From IMG/VR virus record IMGVR_UViG_3300020043_003657, positions 1 to 38,000 of that record: 38,000 nt of DNA; one strand, given 5' to 3'. This document shows positions 16,601 to 26,083 of the stretch, piece by piece (position 1 is the first letter of the stretch; each line of letters starts with the position of its first letter). The notes beneath the pieces were generated by a model, which saw only the letters and a program-made list of their open reading frames with translations, was not told where the DNA came from and made no database searches. The stretch is from a virus (Duplodnaviria > Caudoviricetes). The position numbers were made by a program, and so were the translations under genes.

Positions 16601-19600
16601 CATACTTACCTTTAGCATACATCACATCCACTTTATCAACCACATCGCTTTGCCGAAGATTCGCCAGTTCAGCAAGATCAGAAAGATTCCTCTCCGCATT
16701 TCTCGCTCCTCTCCTCACAGCGTCAAACACTTCCTTAACCTTCTGTGCCTGCCTCACCTGCTTCACATCTCCACCAAACTTACCATACATCCGAGCGGCA
16801 CCGACAACACCCTGTGTCATCCTTGCTACCCAGTCAAACATATCACGAACAACCCTAGGTAGCATCGTGTAAAACTTCGTAGGATTACTAGGCTTGTTGA
16901 GTCCAGCAGCATAAGCGCCAAACACATTTGCCATCACCTCCTCCACATCCACCTCACCCTTTTCATTGCGAATGTTCTTCAACACGTCGCCAACTCCAGG
17001 TAAAGCTTTCCACTCCTTCCCTAACCACACATCACTCAACACATCCACAAAAGTCTCAGCCTCATGTGGGTTAAGCGCCTTAGCCCAGGACTCGAAGTCT
17101 GAGGTTAAACGCTGTGCTTCTGGACCAAAGGAGCCGGAGCGAGCTTTGGAGAAGAGCACGTGAGAGTTTTCGTGAGTGAGTAGAGAGGTTTGTTGAAGAA
17201 TTAGATTGCGGCCTTTGAGGGCGGAAGGTGAGAAGAAGATGTCGCGAGTGCGTGTTGCGGCGGCTGCGTAGGTTTGGGAAACGTTGGCACGAGCGAAGAG
17301 AGAAGACAAGCGCTCGGATGGAGCGGTGATGTCGTAGACTCGTGCGGTGGCGTTAGTTTTGGGAGTGCCGGAAAGAGTGCGGAAGACTGGGGAGCCTTCC
17401 GGATCACTAAAAGGGTCTTCTCCTTCCTGATAGGCGTTCTTATGCACTCCAAAATCTTCCACCGTTCCTTCCCCAACTAGCTTCTTCATGATTGAAGGCA
17501 TGGTGGTGTCGTAGGCTAGGCGCATACCGCCTTCTTGTTGAGGACGACTAGTGACAATGGGCTCTGGCAGATCAATAAACTCTGGGGTTAAAGGTTGGTC
17601 TTTACTGACAACAACAGGACCTTCACCAAGGTCGACCTCCCAATCACCATCAGCATCTACTCGGTTAAATTTAATCCTGTCTGGATACTTCTTAACTCCT
17701 TGTTCTACCGTAAGATTATAAACTTGTTGAGTAGCCTGATCATGCCTCTCCGTCATCATCGCGGTTTCCCCATCACTCACTGCAACCTTGGAAATCCCTT
17801 GTTTCTGGGCTTCTTTGATGACAGATTTGAGGATGAGGTTTTGGTGGATGGGGAGTAATATATGCGGCTCTATGGTTCCAGCCTTTTGTAATCTATTAAA
17901 AAGAACGTCGCGCTGAGCGTAAAGCTCCATCAATCTACTTTGAATAGGCTTAAGTTTTGGATCAAATGCACTAAGCTCACTAGACTGCGCATTAAGTGTA
18001 TCAATTTCTTTACCTAACTGCTCATACTCCACACGCGCTTTAGGGTCTTTCACTCCATATTTTTGAGCTTGTTGCCCCCACCGACTCTGCGCTTCTCCCA
18101 CAAACATTACCTTCTCTCCCGTCACTGGGTGTGGAACGATTTGAACCATTGCCCAGCCAAGGGTGTTGGGAAGGTTTTCGTGGAGGTTGTCGGGGCGCCA
18201 AAGCGGCTTACGTGCATCTCCGGCAGCATTTAACTGAGCGCTTGTTTCGTTCCCTGTAAGTTTACCTATAGGTAACACCACATCCACCCGCAACACTGGA
18301 TACTTTTTCGTGTCGAATGGGGAGATTTGGTTGTAGTAGGAGGTTGCTTTGGGGCCATCGCTCGCCATTTTAGGCATATCGCCTAGCTCCAAAAAACGAT
18401 CCAATTTTGTAGCAAACTCCACGTTACTACCGCCAGAAAGCTCAGCTTTAACTTCTTGCGAAGTCATTCTACCTTCAAGGTAACTAGTCAAGATCTTTTT
18501 AACTGGAGCAGAAAGATTATCTACCCAGTCGTGGGTCATTTTATCGAGCTCCAGTTTAGCTTCAGTTGGTTGCCCATCCTGCCCATACGTCACCACCTTT
18601 ACTTGCTCACCAGCTTTCTGCAAACTATCCCACAGCTGCACCACATTTACACGATCACCCGCGAAAGCTTCTGGTGCAATCTGTTTGTAAAACTCAATCT
18701 CGCCATCTTGCAAAACGCCAAACTGTCCGCCAGCTACCTTGAACTCTTGTAGACTCAACGTGCCATCTTTGCGCGGTGTTACAGCTCCTTTGCCTGGGCG
18801 AAGAAGTTTTCCATCTTTAACTTCAGCCATGCCAAAGTCAAAGCCACCGCCAGCAGCAGCACGAGCAAATAACAAGTTATCTTGCTTCTCACCCAACTTC
18901 CCATAACGCACTTCAGGAGAGTAAAACATCTCCACCGCATTGGCAAAATGCTCCCTCAGCTGCTGCGATTCTTCTGGACTGAAACCTTCACTGCGCAGAA
19001 GCGTGTCGCTCCAATCATTCAGCGACATCATAGATTGAGCCGCAGAGTAAGCTAAAGGATTTTCATTTACACCGGAGCGTGCAAATTTCATTCCAACAAT
19101 ATTTTCAACGGGTGGTTTACCGTCTTTCTTCCATTGTTGGTAAATTAACCAAGCTTTATTTTGAAGCAAAGCATCCATATTCTTTAACTCTTCAACGACT
19201 CCAGCTTTTTGTAAGTTTGGAGTTTCTTTCTTCATCATCGAATGAACAAAGTTAAAAAACTCAGTATATTCAACCTTTAGTTGACCTTTAGAGTTGAAGA
19301 TGGAAGGTGTTTCAAATTTCTTTAACTCTTCAATTAATTCCTGAATAATTGGAAGTTTCTGATTCTTCTCATCAAGAAGAATTCGTAAAGTATCTTTTCC
19401 AAGCCCTCGATCCAAGATGCGCAAAGCCCACTCAGAAATAGTATTATTCTTTAATTCAGGCAGACTCAATTGATTCCGTAATTCATCAAGCTGACTAAAG
19501 TCAACTGTTGTAATTTGTTCACTTGGCACAGAAGCCATAGCTTCAACAGCCTCATCATTTTGATCAGCAGCTTTGCCTTTTCCAATCTGATCTTTCACAT

Positions 19601-21587
19601 AAGCTACCTTCACTTGATTTAGCTTTGTCCGAATCGTTTCAACTGCTCTGTCTCCAGGAAGCCCTTTGTCAAAAGTCAGACGAACTTGATTGTCTACTTC
19701 AGCCATGAGCTTAGAATAAACATTCTGATCAGCCTCGTCAACTTCACTAATCATCGCCTGCAGCTTTGTATAAAAGTCTACAGTAGTAGGGTTTTCAGAC
19801 GCTAATCCATCTGCAATCCTTTTCTCACTTTTCTCAATTCTTTCCAGCGTAGCTTTAGCCAAGCCTGGAGGTCTTCCACGTGGCTTTCCTGGAGTTTTAG
19901 CAAGTATCGCATCCTGAGCTTTCTGCCCTTCTACTGCATCCAAAGCTCCATCTACCTTTGTCAGCTGTTCCTGATTAACTTCAGTAGTAGCTTCCTTTAC
20001 AGTCTTTCCTTCCTTCACCTTCTTCTCCACCTTAGCCTTCACTTCCACATCACTTAGCGGCCTCCTCCCAGTCGCCCACAAAGCCATACTTACAAAAGCA
20101 CGATCGTCCGCAAACTTAGTTCCTTTACCTTGCAGCACCTTTTCCACTTCCTCGGCAACCTCCTTAAAAGGACCAGCCATAAGCGAGTCTCTCTTCCCGG
20201 CAGCTAACTGATGCATTGAGTAAATCACTTGCTGCCCGCGCTCACTCACTTTGCCATCCAGAGCACTTTTGTAATCTTTAAACAATCTTTCCCCTGCACT
20301 CTTCTGCATCAGACTTTCTGGCAACGTCAACTCATCAATCGCCACACCAAGTAAATCTTCCACTCCACCAACCACTTTCATTTGATCCATCCGAGACTTC
20401 TTAATAGCATCAAGCTCTTTCAGCTTTAACTGAAATCTCTCAATCCTCTCTTTTGCCTCAGGAGCAAGCACATTCAGATTACTTGAGTCTTTCAACACAT
20501 CATCAAGCTCCATTCCTGCCACTAGCGGCTCCCTTTCCTGCAATCCCTTCCAGTCATTCTCCAACAACACTCTCTCTTGACTCATCCCATCGTCAAAGTC
20601 CTTGTTTATCTTAGTTAGCCGACGCTCACCGAGAAGTTGTGCTGCAATGTCAAAACCAGCTGCGCGCTCTGTGCGAGTCTTTTCAGCTGGGCTAAGAGAA
20701 GAAATAAGTGACTCAAACTCAAAAGCACGTTGTTCGCTAGGTGTGCGGACAGGACCTGCGTCTGGTGGCAGAATTGTGCGGCCAGTGTTGATAATTTTTG
20801 TACCAACAAAGTCATCAATGTTTAACGGAGCAAAGGCTAAGTTGCCAAGGAGGTTAGAGAAAAGATACTCTTTATTAAAGACTGCATCAGTGCCTTGAGC
20901 TGCAACATCAAGACCAAGACCAGTGGCTTGCCCAGCTAGCTCAGCTCCAGCAAAGCGAACAATCTTATCAGGAAGTTGATCAATAACAAGGTCAGCTGTT
21001 TTTGTGCCGATTGGTAAAAAGCTAGCTGCGTCATCGGTAAGGTCACGGATTACTTCACGACCACCTGTGACGCCGAGTTTTTGAAACGCAGGTGACTTAG
21101 CTGCTGCTTGAAGTGCAGCATTGCCACCAAGGTTCATAGCTTTGCCAACAACCATCGGAGCAGCTCCAGCAATAGCAGTCTGCCACATCGAGCCTGTCTG
21201 GTCAAATGTGTCTGCGGCGCTGAGACCAAAAGAAAGCGCAGGGCCAACGACTGGAATGGCCATTGCCCCTACGTTAGCAATTTGCCGTGGAAGTGAACGT
21301 CCAACTTGCTCACCCACAGTGCGGTCAACTCCAACTAACTCTGCTAAGTTCCCAGACCATTCCCCGAGAGTCTCATCTGGAGTAATAGCAGCAATGCCTT
21401 CATTGAGACTTTGATTCGCTGTGCGAATTAAGTTTTCCCAAGGGCTAGCGTTACCAATGCGAGCCATTTCTGGATCGCCGGTAGAACGAGCACCAAGCCG
21501 AGCAAACTCTTCAAGAGAAAGGTTTGCAGCGGCTGGATTGTTTGCTTTAGTTTGCTCAAAAAGAGACTTGATTTCGGGGAAGGTCAT
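13605..21587 (-). CDS. giant internal virion/ejection protein, large polyvalent type with zincin-like HExxH
   Basis: 2660 aa; last gene of the virion operon; THENSH...EEVMAN metallopeptidase-like motif; modular architecture. Confidence 0.8.
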   Translation of the reverse strand: MTFPEIKSLFEQTKANNPAAANLSLEEFARLGARSTGDPEMARIGNASPWENLIRTANQSLNEGIAAITPDETLGEWSGNLAELVGVDRTVGEQVGRSLPRQIANVGAMAIPVVGPALSFGLSAADTFDQTGSMWQTAIAGAAPMVVGKAMNLGGNAALQAAAKSPAFQKLGVTGGREVIRDLTDDAASFLPIGTKTADLVIDQLPDKIVRFAGAELAGQATGLGLDVAAQGTDAVFNKEYLFSNLLGNLAFAPLNIDDFVGTKIINTGRTILPPDAGPVRTPSEQRAFEFESLISSLSPAEKTRTERAAGFDIAAQLLGERRLTKINKDFDDGMSQERVLLENDWKGLQEREPLVAGMELDDVLKDSSNLNVLAPEAKERIERFQLKLKELDAIKKSRMDQMKVVGGVEDLLGVAIDELTLPESLMQKSAGERLFKDYKSALDGKVSERGQQVIYSMHQLAAGKRDSLMAGPFKEVAEEVEKVLQGKGTKFADDRAFVSMALWATGRRPLSDVEVKAKVEKKVKEGKTVKEATTEVNQEQLTKVDGALDAVEGQKAQDAILAKTPGKPRGRPPGLAKATLERIEKSEKRIADGLASENPTTVDFYTKLQAMISEVDEADQNVYSKLMAEVDNQVRLTFDKGLPGDRAVETIRTKLNQVKVAYVKDQIGKGKAADQNDEAVEAMASVPSEQITTVDFSQLDELRNQLSLPELKNNTISEWALRILDRGLGKDTLRILLDEKNQKLPIIQELIEELKKFETPSIFNSKGQLKVEYTEFFNFVHSMMKKETPNLQKAGVVEELKNMDALLQNKAWLIYQQWKKDGKPPVENIVGMKFARSGVNENPLAYSAAQSMMSLNDWSDTLLRSEGFSPEESQQLREHFANAVEMFYSPEVRYGKLGEKQDNLLFARAAAGGGFDFGMAEVKDGKLLRPGKGAVTPRKDGTLSLQEFKVAGGQFGVLQDGEIEFYKQIAPEAFAGDRVNVVQLWDSLQKAGEQVKVVTYGQDGQPTEAKLELDKMTHDWVDNLSAPVKKILTSYLEGRMTSQEVKAELSGGSNVEFATKLDRFLELGDMPKMASDGPKATSYYNQISPFDTKKYPVLRVDVVLPIGKLTGNETSAQLNAAGDARKPLWRPDNLHENLPNTLGWAMVQIVPHPVTGEKVMFVGEAQSRWGQQAQKYGVKDPKARVEYEQLGKEIDTLNAQSSELSAFDPKLKPIQSRLMELYAQRDVLFNRLQKAGTIEPHILLPIHQNLILKSVIKEAQKQGISKVAVSDGETAMMTERHDQATQQVYNLTVEQGVKKYPDRIKFNRVDADGDWEVDLGEGPVVVSKDQPLTPEFIDLPEPIVTSRPQQEGGMRLAYDTTMPSIMKKLVGEGTVEDFGVHKNAYQEGEDPFSDPEGSPVFRTLSGTPKTNATARVYDITAPSERLSSLFARANVSQTYAAAATRTRDIFFSPSALKGRNLILQQTSLLTHENSHVLFSKARSGSFGPEAQRLTSDFESWAKALNPHEAETFVDVLSDVWLGKEWKALPGVGDVLKNIRNEKGEVDVEEVMANVFGAYAAGLNKPSNPTKFYTMLPRVVRDMFDWVARMTQGVVGAARMYGKFGGDVKQVRQAQKVKEVFDAVRRGARNAERNLSDLAELANLRQSDVVDKVDVMYAKGKYGSSGAGKWKEKLSYLFDNTVMRMGSLAATYDGLQDPFMKMKDFSPLNADLTAQVFSSLGMGKYGHTGLSVTKDGSWMRIRNSPELHKLASQINLEMQMLNQSLVTRGADGSLQFNVQGMTPELRGKFGMFKPEAQQAVAEYFVRRAEKANPIVQGVIVSKEWETQANKLHELLFESSYADFGGQFEKSKLWSERVMKMAQNGDDAGVTAEIAALGDPIVQKQIGDYIAAQSEKIRFLDAEYKKNPNFGSLRRFQPIKVKWIKAGETAKNMQANSAEEAERMDAELRAKGWTPQSVRITDFKSKGSDVFDSTTKVRVKDMEERVKLALKEMAVPEEFKAELEKEIDFVGMIERTENAQSVFSTKAQRRFAEGVEDLMVLEQDMLWMSKAIYAANRAALDSNVRVALKNPKLDNYLDAKQTFAQGFENFKTQNHEWLSKLSKANAAYFIGFNIPGHIAELMQPVMTHFAEMRYIGVKTQDALGIMLGASKDLVSFYKRNMKKFAKGEEVHLWDDWQNKDEKDMLFRMKHAINASPLNYAYSDVGFEQQKLIEATESGQKQSLLQAVSSPATAYANTGLKFYGLFTRHNAIMGLLNGYRSYRKIGLSHEEAMQKVGLFETIVNKSGGKADRQAFPFKNNAVLGHLFYGLQGYTTGWVSQLATYYRHGYKSDSYAGFKDNPEAIKRARSAFKTMLGAQFAAAGVMGMPMVGALTTLLEELTGDDIRGEMYEALDSVTNDPLLSQAASHGLSTALAERMGIPADLHGRFAIGGLLGFNAYDGFSASSLFGPTAGVMNSMWNLGKSLYQERDLQKAFSAGGPTGLRSIAKALDEELPLRNENALGTALGFNSPQVRKEREFTRIAQKRNEKAAQEISHAARRVQDALALGSSAAQQKLRTEAMKLAETPDQLEDLIRSIGNKVKLFEEQKTFPKDIREVATPQTTAGLSQLAKSMGVRLPASQEAEREAMKQAVMRKMGMSPASQMRQAMLEDYRAESDPWMLR
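13764..13780. repeat. palindromic site 4 (GGCTAA-TTGAC-TTAACC)
   Basis: Inside the giant gene at a skew switch. Confidence 0.8.
17069..17085. repeat. palindromic site 5 (GGTTAA-GCGCC-TTAGCC)
   Basis: Inside the giant gene at a very sharp skew switch. Confidence 0.8.
20604..20620. repeat. palindromic site 6 (GTTTAT-CTTAG-TTAGCC)
   Basis: Degenerate copy inside the giant gene at a skew switch. Confidence 0.6.
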
Positions 21588-21605
21588 AGGAAGTTAGTAA
21601 CAAGA

Positions 21606-22805
21606 TTAAAATGGAATTGGGAATCCGTTGTATGAAGGACGCATAACTTGCATTATGTCTTCACCGTATTTGTCTTTTGCTCGGTTGGTTTTTAAAAGTC
21701 CACGATCACGAAGACTTTTAATCGTAGCTGCGTCACCTGCAAGGCGAGTGTTAGCATCAGGATAAGTTGGCTGATTGCCAAACATAGCAGGAAGTGCAGA
21801 TTGCCCATTTTGAGCTAGCGTTGGTATTATTGTGAAAGGATTAAAAACCTGCATTAACCTTGCAGCCATATCATCGCCACGACCAGCAATACGACGTATA
21901 TTGGTTGCTTCTTCCTGCGGCAGAGGAGTGTAATCCCAAGCAGATTGATTCATCCAGTCAGGTGGTCCAGCTTGTTCAGGAAACGGTCCAAGCACTTCAT
22001 CATAGTTTAATGGACCTGCGATTGGCTCAGGAGGCCCAGCTAAAGGAGCAGGCGGACCCATCATCATGTCAAATGATTGATTAAAACCAGAATCCATGCT
22101 TGGCTGGGTAGGCGGAGTAGCCCGAGCAGCACTTGGCGCATTGTTAAAAAGAATTGGTTCAGCTAACTTTTTACCATCAATCTCTGTCTGCGCAGTAATC
22201 ATTGGTCGAGGTCTCACAGTAGAAGAACCAGTGCCATAACGACCATCAAGACTTGCAGTAAAACCACCACCAGGAAGAGCTGTCTTCACCATGTCACTCC
22301 GAGTCGCCATAGGATCACCAGCAGGCTGCTTTGGAAAGATCATATTCATTGCTTCCTGATTCTTTTTCGCCACATCAACAGCGTTACGCGAAATTGCAGG
22401 ATTCACATTTGCCATGCTTCCAGCATCTAACTCCTGCTTACGACGAGCATATGCTGCATCTTTCTCAGGCGTCTTTTTAAAGAACTCCTGAAACTCTCTT
22501 GACGCACCGCCGTTTAGCCAGCCGCTAGGATCGTTGGTCACAACGCTTGATCGAGGCTGCATGATCTCACGAATCAAGGCAAGATCATTCACCTCATTAC
22601 TACCACCAATAGGCTGACCAGGATTACTCGTAGGCGCACCTGTCTGAGCGTCATAAAACACATTCCTACGACGACCAGTAGGCTGAGCGCCACGACCAGA
22701 AATAGTGTTTCCAGCTGCCCACCAAGGAGTCTGCTGTGGTTGCTGTGGTTGATTGGTTGCCTCAGGGAAAATCATCCTGAAAGCTTTTTCTTGCGGAGTT
22801 GCCAT
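21606..22805 (-). CDS. probable internal virion/ejection protein (Pro/Gly/Gln-rich)
   Basis: 399 aa, low complexity, directly upstream of the giant protein gene. Confidence 0.7.
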   Translation of the reverse strand: MATPQEKAFRMIFPEATNQPQQPQQTPWWAAGNTISGRGAQPTGRRRNVFYDAQTGAPTSNPGQPIGGSNEVNDLALIREIMQPRSSVVTNDPSGWLNGGASREFQEFFKKTPEKDAAYARRKQELDAGSMANVNPAISRNAVDVAKKNQEAMNMIFPKQPAGDPMATRSDMVKTALPGGGFTASLDGRYGTGSSTVRPRPMITAQTEIDGKKLAEPILFNNAPSAARATPPTQPSMDSGFNQSFDMMMGPPAPLAGPPEPIAGPLNYDEVLGPFPEQAGPPDWMNQSAWDYTPLPQEEATNIRRIAGRGDDMAARLMQVFNPFTIIPTLAQNGQSALPAMFGNQPTYPDANTRLAGDAATIKSLRDRGLLKTNRAKDKYGEDIMQVMRPSYNGFPIPF

Positions 22806-22811
22806 AGTTAG

Positions 22812-23360
22812 TTATTTGTTTGGATTGACGTATTGTTGGAATTCATCTACTGGACGCTGATAAGTTTTTCCTGTCATTGTTTCAAGGTTAAGCATCAAAG
22901 CATCACGCTCTGGGCCTGGAGGCATCGTCATTGTTTTTTGCAGATAGTCAAGAATCTGTGGATCCATCATAGCTTGATTCTTTGCAGTCTGTTGACCCAT
23001 CAAAGCCTCACGCTGTATCTTTGCTAGCTCCACAGCCTGCGCCATTTCAGCCTCAGCAAGTCCACGAGCTTGAGATAGTTTCTCTTGCTCTCTAGTATCT
23101 TGCATCTTTGACTGCTCAAGATCAAAATTGTATTTTCTTTCAGCTTGTTCTTGTGCAGCCATAAACTGCTTCTCTTGCTGACTTAACTCTTGTTCCTTAA
23201 ACCGCTGTCCCATCCTTGCTTGCCGCCTGCTCATCAGCATTTCATTATTCATCTGATCTCGAGCTAGCTGAAGTCTTTCACTCTGATTTCTGCCTTCTCG
23301 TAGCATCTGCAAAAGTTGCATTGCCATCTGTGCTTGCGCTTGTTGTTGTTCTCGTTTCAT
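22812..23360 (-). CDS. probable internal virion/ejection protein (Gln/Met-rich coiled coil)
   Basis: 182 aa; composition and position. Confidence 0.7.
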   Translation of the reverse strand: MKREQQQAQAQMAMQLLQMLREGRNQSERLQLARDQMNNEMLMSRRQARMGQRFKEQELSQQEKQFMAAQEQAERKYNFDLEQSKMQDTREQEKLSQARGLAEAEMAQAVELAKIQREALMGQQTAKNQAMMDPQILDYLQKTMTMPPGPERDALMLNLETMTGKTYQRPVDEFQQYVNPNK

Positions 23361-23362
23361 TA

Positions 23363-23533
23363 TTATGTAGTCTTCACACTGATTGTTTCCTTAGACCGTT
23401 GCACCAGTATCTTAACCGTACTCAAAGAGTCTTTAGCTCCTCGATATATTCTTGGAGCTTTTTTAAAGATCTCCTCAAACTTACCCGTTTTCGATACCTG
23501 AATAAAGTTTTGATTTTCCTGTGTTGCTTCCAT
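23363..23533 (-). CDS. small hypothetical protein (56 aa)
   Basis: Translated by hand: MEATQENQNFIQVSKTGKFEE...VKTT; its stop abuts the next ATG. Confidence 0.55.
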   Translation of the reverse strand: MEATQENQNFIQVSKTGKFEEIFKKAPRIYRGAKDSLSTVKILVQRSKETISVKTT

Positions 23534-24260
23534 TAACTGGAGGATAAATTGTTACCTTCTCTCTAACCCACATTCCATTCACCTGCTTTTGCGAATCCCG
23601 CAAAACAAACGGTGCCCAGTCAGTAAAGTTAGTTGCTGGATAGTGAATGTCAACTCGCATACCTATTTGATTATTAAAGTAAAACACTGCACGTGTAGAG
23701 CTTGACCTATAAGGCGCAGTGATCTTTATATCTGGATGCAAGCAATCTTTTACAAAATCACCCAAATCATCAGTAATTGGCTTCCGATGTCTCATTGCCT
23801 TAGCTTCCCAAGGCACTGCATTCTGAAACCTCTCAACTTTAATCAACGACTCAACCTCTGCCGACGGCTTAGTAAAAAACTTATTTTCATTATTGTCTAC
23901 CAAAGTCGAACTTGAAACAACTTCAACAATCGACAACACTTCCCGCTTTCTCACCACTGTCGGCCAACGGTAAAACTCATTGTCCATGTAACTTTCAAAA
24001 GGCACATCAGCTTGTGCCGCACTCTTCAGCTTACCAAACACAAAAGCACGTCTACCAGGAGAAGCCGACATCGTGTCAACAAACACATAATCCTTCCACT
24101 CTTGGTCAATTTCCCTATCACGCTGACCCAACTCCCAATCACTCCACTTAGTTCCAGCCACCGGCAGATTAGACGGCAGCACCAAATTGTCATCCAGCGT
24201 AAACACAAAAGCGCTCTCGCTGGGGTCCATTGTTGGAATAGTCTGAAAGGTAGCAGCCAT
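23481..24260 (-). CDS. hypothetical virion protein
   Basis: 259-aa ORF in the structural operon. Confidence 0.75.
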   Translation of the reverse strand: MAATFQTIPTMDPSESAFVFTLDDNLVLPSNLPVAGTKWSDWELGQRDREIDQEWKDYVFVDTMSASPGRRAFVFGKLKSAAQADVPFESYMDNEFYRWPTVVRKREVLSIVEVVSSSTLVDNNENKFFTKPSAEVESLIKVERFQNAVPWEAKAMRHRKPITDDLGDFVKDCLHPDIKITAPYRSSSTRAVFYFNNQIGMRVDIHYPATNFTDWAPFVLRDSQKQVNGMWVREKVTIYPPVNGSNTGKSKLYSGIENG

Positions 24261-24262
24261 AG

Positions 24263-24688
24263 TTAATAAGTCGGTGCATTGTTAGCCATCCCAGTCACAA
24301 TCTCACGAGGGAAAAAGAAAGGTCCATCAGCAGTTGTAAACTTCCAATAAGAAACTTTAATCTCCAAAAATCTCGGAGCCGTCTCCTGCAAAATGTCATC
24401 CTTAAATATATCTGGCTGTGTCGTATCCGTCGCATCTTTAGGGCGCATAATCAACGCGTCACCTGACGTATTACGATAAAACGGAGCAGTCGCATCTGGA
24501 CTCATCGACCAGCCTGGACCAAACTTAGGTTCAGCTGAGCTAGTCGTCGAAGGATACTGCAACGTATTCCTCCACACACCATCATACACCACCGTCGCCA
24601 CGCCATCATTCACCACCAACTCCACATCTGTTACACCATCCAACTGGTGCACACGTCCATCACTTGTCGAAACATAATAAGTAGCCAT
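24263..24688 (-). CDS. hypothetical virion protein
   Basis: 141-aa beta-rich ORF in the structural operon. Confidence 0.75.
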   Translation of the reverse strand: MATYYVSTSDGRVHQLDGVTDVELVVNDGVATVVYDGVWRNTLQYPSTTSSAEPKFGPGWSMSPDATAPFYRNTSGDALIMRPKDATDTTQPDIFKDDILQETAPRFLEIKVSYWKFTTADGPFFFPREIVTGMANNAPTY

Positions 24689-24693
24689 AAGTT

Positions 24694-25860
24694 TTAGTAA
24701 AATTCAATTGCTCCACCTGCCATTTTCATATCTTCATCCTGACGAATCAGCAGCTCTAAAGCCGCCTCAGCTTCTTTAACCGGAGGTGGCAGATTTCCCT
24801 CCTTATTCCCAACAAAAGCCTGGCTAAGTCTATTCGCCTCAACCATGCTTCTCAAAATCAAAAATTCCTCTGCATTCTCCGTCCACCAGTCACTATAAGA
24901 GCTAGTGTCAATCGCGCCAACCTCTGTCTGCACACTGCTAACAAGATTAGAACTAATAGGAAAACTGCTAGGATGTGAATACAAAGTCACAATCACGTTA
25001 ATAGGTTCAAACCCAAATGTGACCTTAACACTATCACTTGTCAGCTCGCAGTCCCAATTAAACTGATCAAAACCAGTCTTAACATTTTCTTTTGTAAACG
25101 AGCTAGCAACAAGTGGAAGCGATGGTCCAGTCACAAAATAAGGCGATCCTACAGTCGTCATGGACGATCCATTATTCGCAGCATCCAAAATTAACGTAGC
25201 TTTCTGAAACCTACTAGCATTGCTAATATCCAATTTCAGCCAACTTTCATCCGCCCTTGCGCCATAGATACTAGTCGGCAACGTAATACTCCACCGTCCA
25301 CTAGCTCCACTATTCCAATTCGGCCACCACTTATACCCATCCACCACCACAATCTTTGTATCAGTCGGCGCAGGATACAGCTCAAACCACTTACCTCTCG
25401 ACACAGCGTAAGGTTGCATCAGCAAAGGATGATGCACAGTATTCGTCCGATCCTGCCTCTCATTCCTTTCATCCCACCACACCCCATCATACTCCTTACT
25501 AGACTCAAGCCGATACTTCACACCCTGATCAATGATTTTCATCACTCGATCTTCCACCACCGTCTCATCAGCCACATTAGCACTACCACGCAGCCACCAA
25601 TGCTTCCCTTCTTTCATCTTCTCTGTCCCACCATCAAACCACGTCGGGCTATCCAGCAAAACTTTATTAGATGAATTGACCGAGAAGTAACCTTTCTGCC
25701 TGCACACATTCCAGTTATGCCTCTTCTCCGCATACTTCCTCGCATTATTCATAGCCAGCAACACCAGATTTACATCCGTGCCCTGAATATCAAACTTTGC
25801 AACGGTCTTTTGCAGATACGAAGCTACAACACTTTGAATTTCTGATACAGTCATACTCAA
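24694..25860 (-). CDS. head-tail adaptor (tail tubular protein A-like) with inserted domain
   Basis: N-terminal MTVSEIQ...MNNA...HNW, LYPAP, C-terminal W...AEEFLI pattern; follows the capsid genes. Confidence 0.65.
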   Translation of the reverse strand: MSMTVSEIQSVVASYLQKTVAKFDIQGTDVNLVLLAMNNARKYAEKRHNWNVCRQKGYFSVNSSNKVLLDSPTWFDGGTEKMKEGKHWWLRGSANVADETVVEDRVMKIIDQGVKYRLESSKEYDGVWWDERNERQDRTNTVHHPLLMQPYAVSRGKWFELYPAPTDTKIVVVDGYKWWPNWNSGASGRWSITLPTSIYGARADESWLKLDISNASRFQKATLILDAANNGSSMTTVGSPYFVTGPSLPLVASSFTKENVKTGFDQFNWDCELTSDSVKVTFGFEPINVIVTLYSHPSSFPISSNLVSSVQTEVGAIDTSSYSDWWTENAEEFLILRSMVEANRLSQAFVGNKEGNLPPPVKEAEAALELLIRQDEDMKMAGGAIEFY

Positions 25861-25869
25861 TTACTTCTC

Positions 25870-25886
25870 GGTTAAGTTACTTATTC
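25870..25886. repeat. palindromic site 7 (GGTTAA-GTTAC-TTATTC)
   Basis: Intergenic copy at a skew switch. Confidence 0.7.
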
Positions 25887-25890
25887 CACA

Positions 25891-26070
25891 TTATGCGTGG
25901 CCCTTCATCCCGAGCTTGCCGACAGCGGGTGATTTACCAGAGAAACGGACAAGAGTATTCTTGCCTGTTTGATTGGTTTCACGAGCTGTGCCGGTAAGCA
26001 TTGCGGTTTGGTCGACGTGCTTGCCTTTTGGTGGCATAGAGTCGTAGGAGGTCATTAGGTTTTTAGGCAT
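25891..26070 (-). CDS. small basic hypothetical protein (59 aa)
   Basis: Translated by hand: MPKNLMTSYDSMPPKGK...GMKGHA; A-rich leader. Confidence 0.7.
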   Translation of the reverse strand: MPKNLMTSYDSMPPKGKHVDQTAMLTGTARETNQTGKNTLVRFSGKSPAVGKLGMKGHA

Positions 26071-26083
26071 ATTTTTGTTTGGT

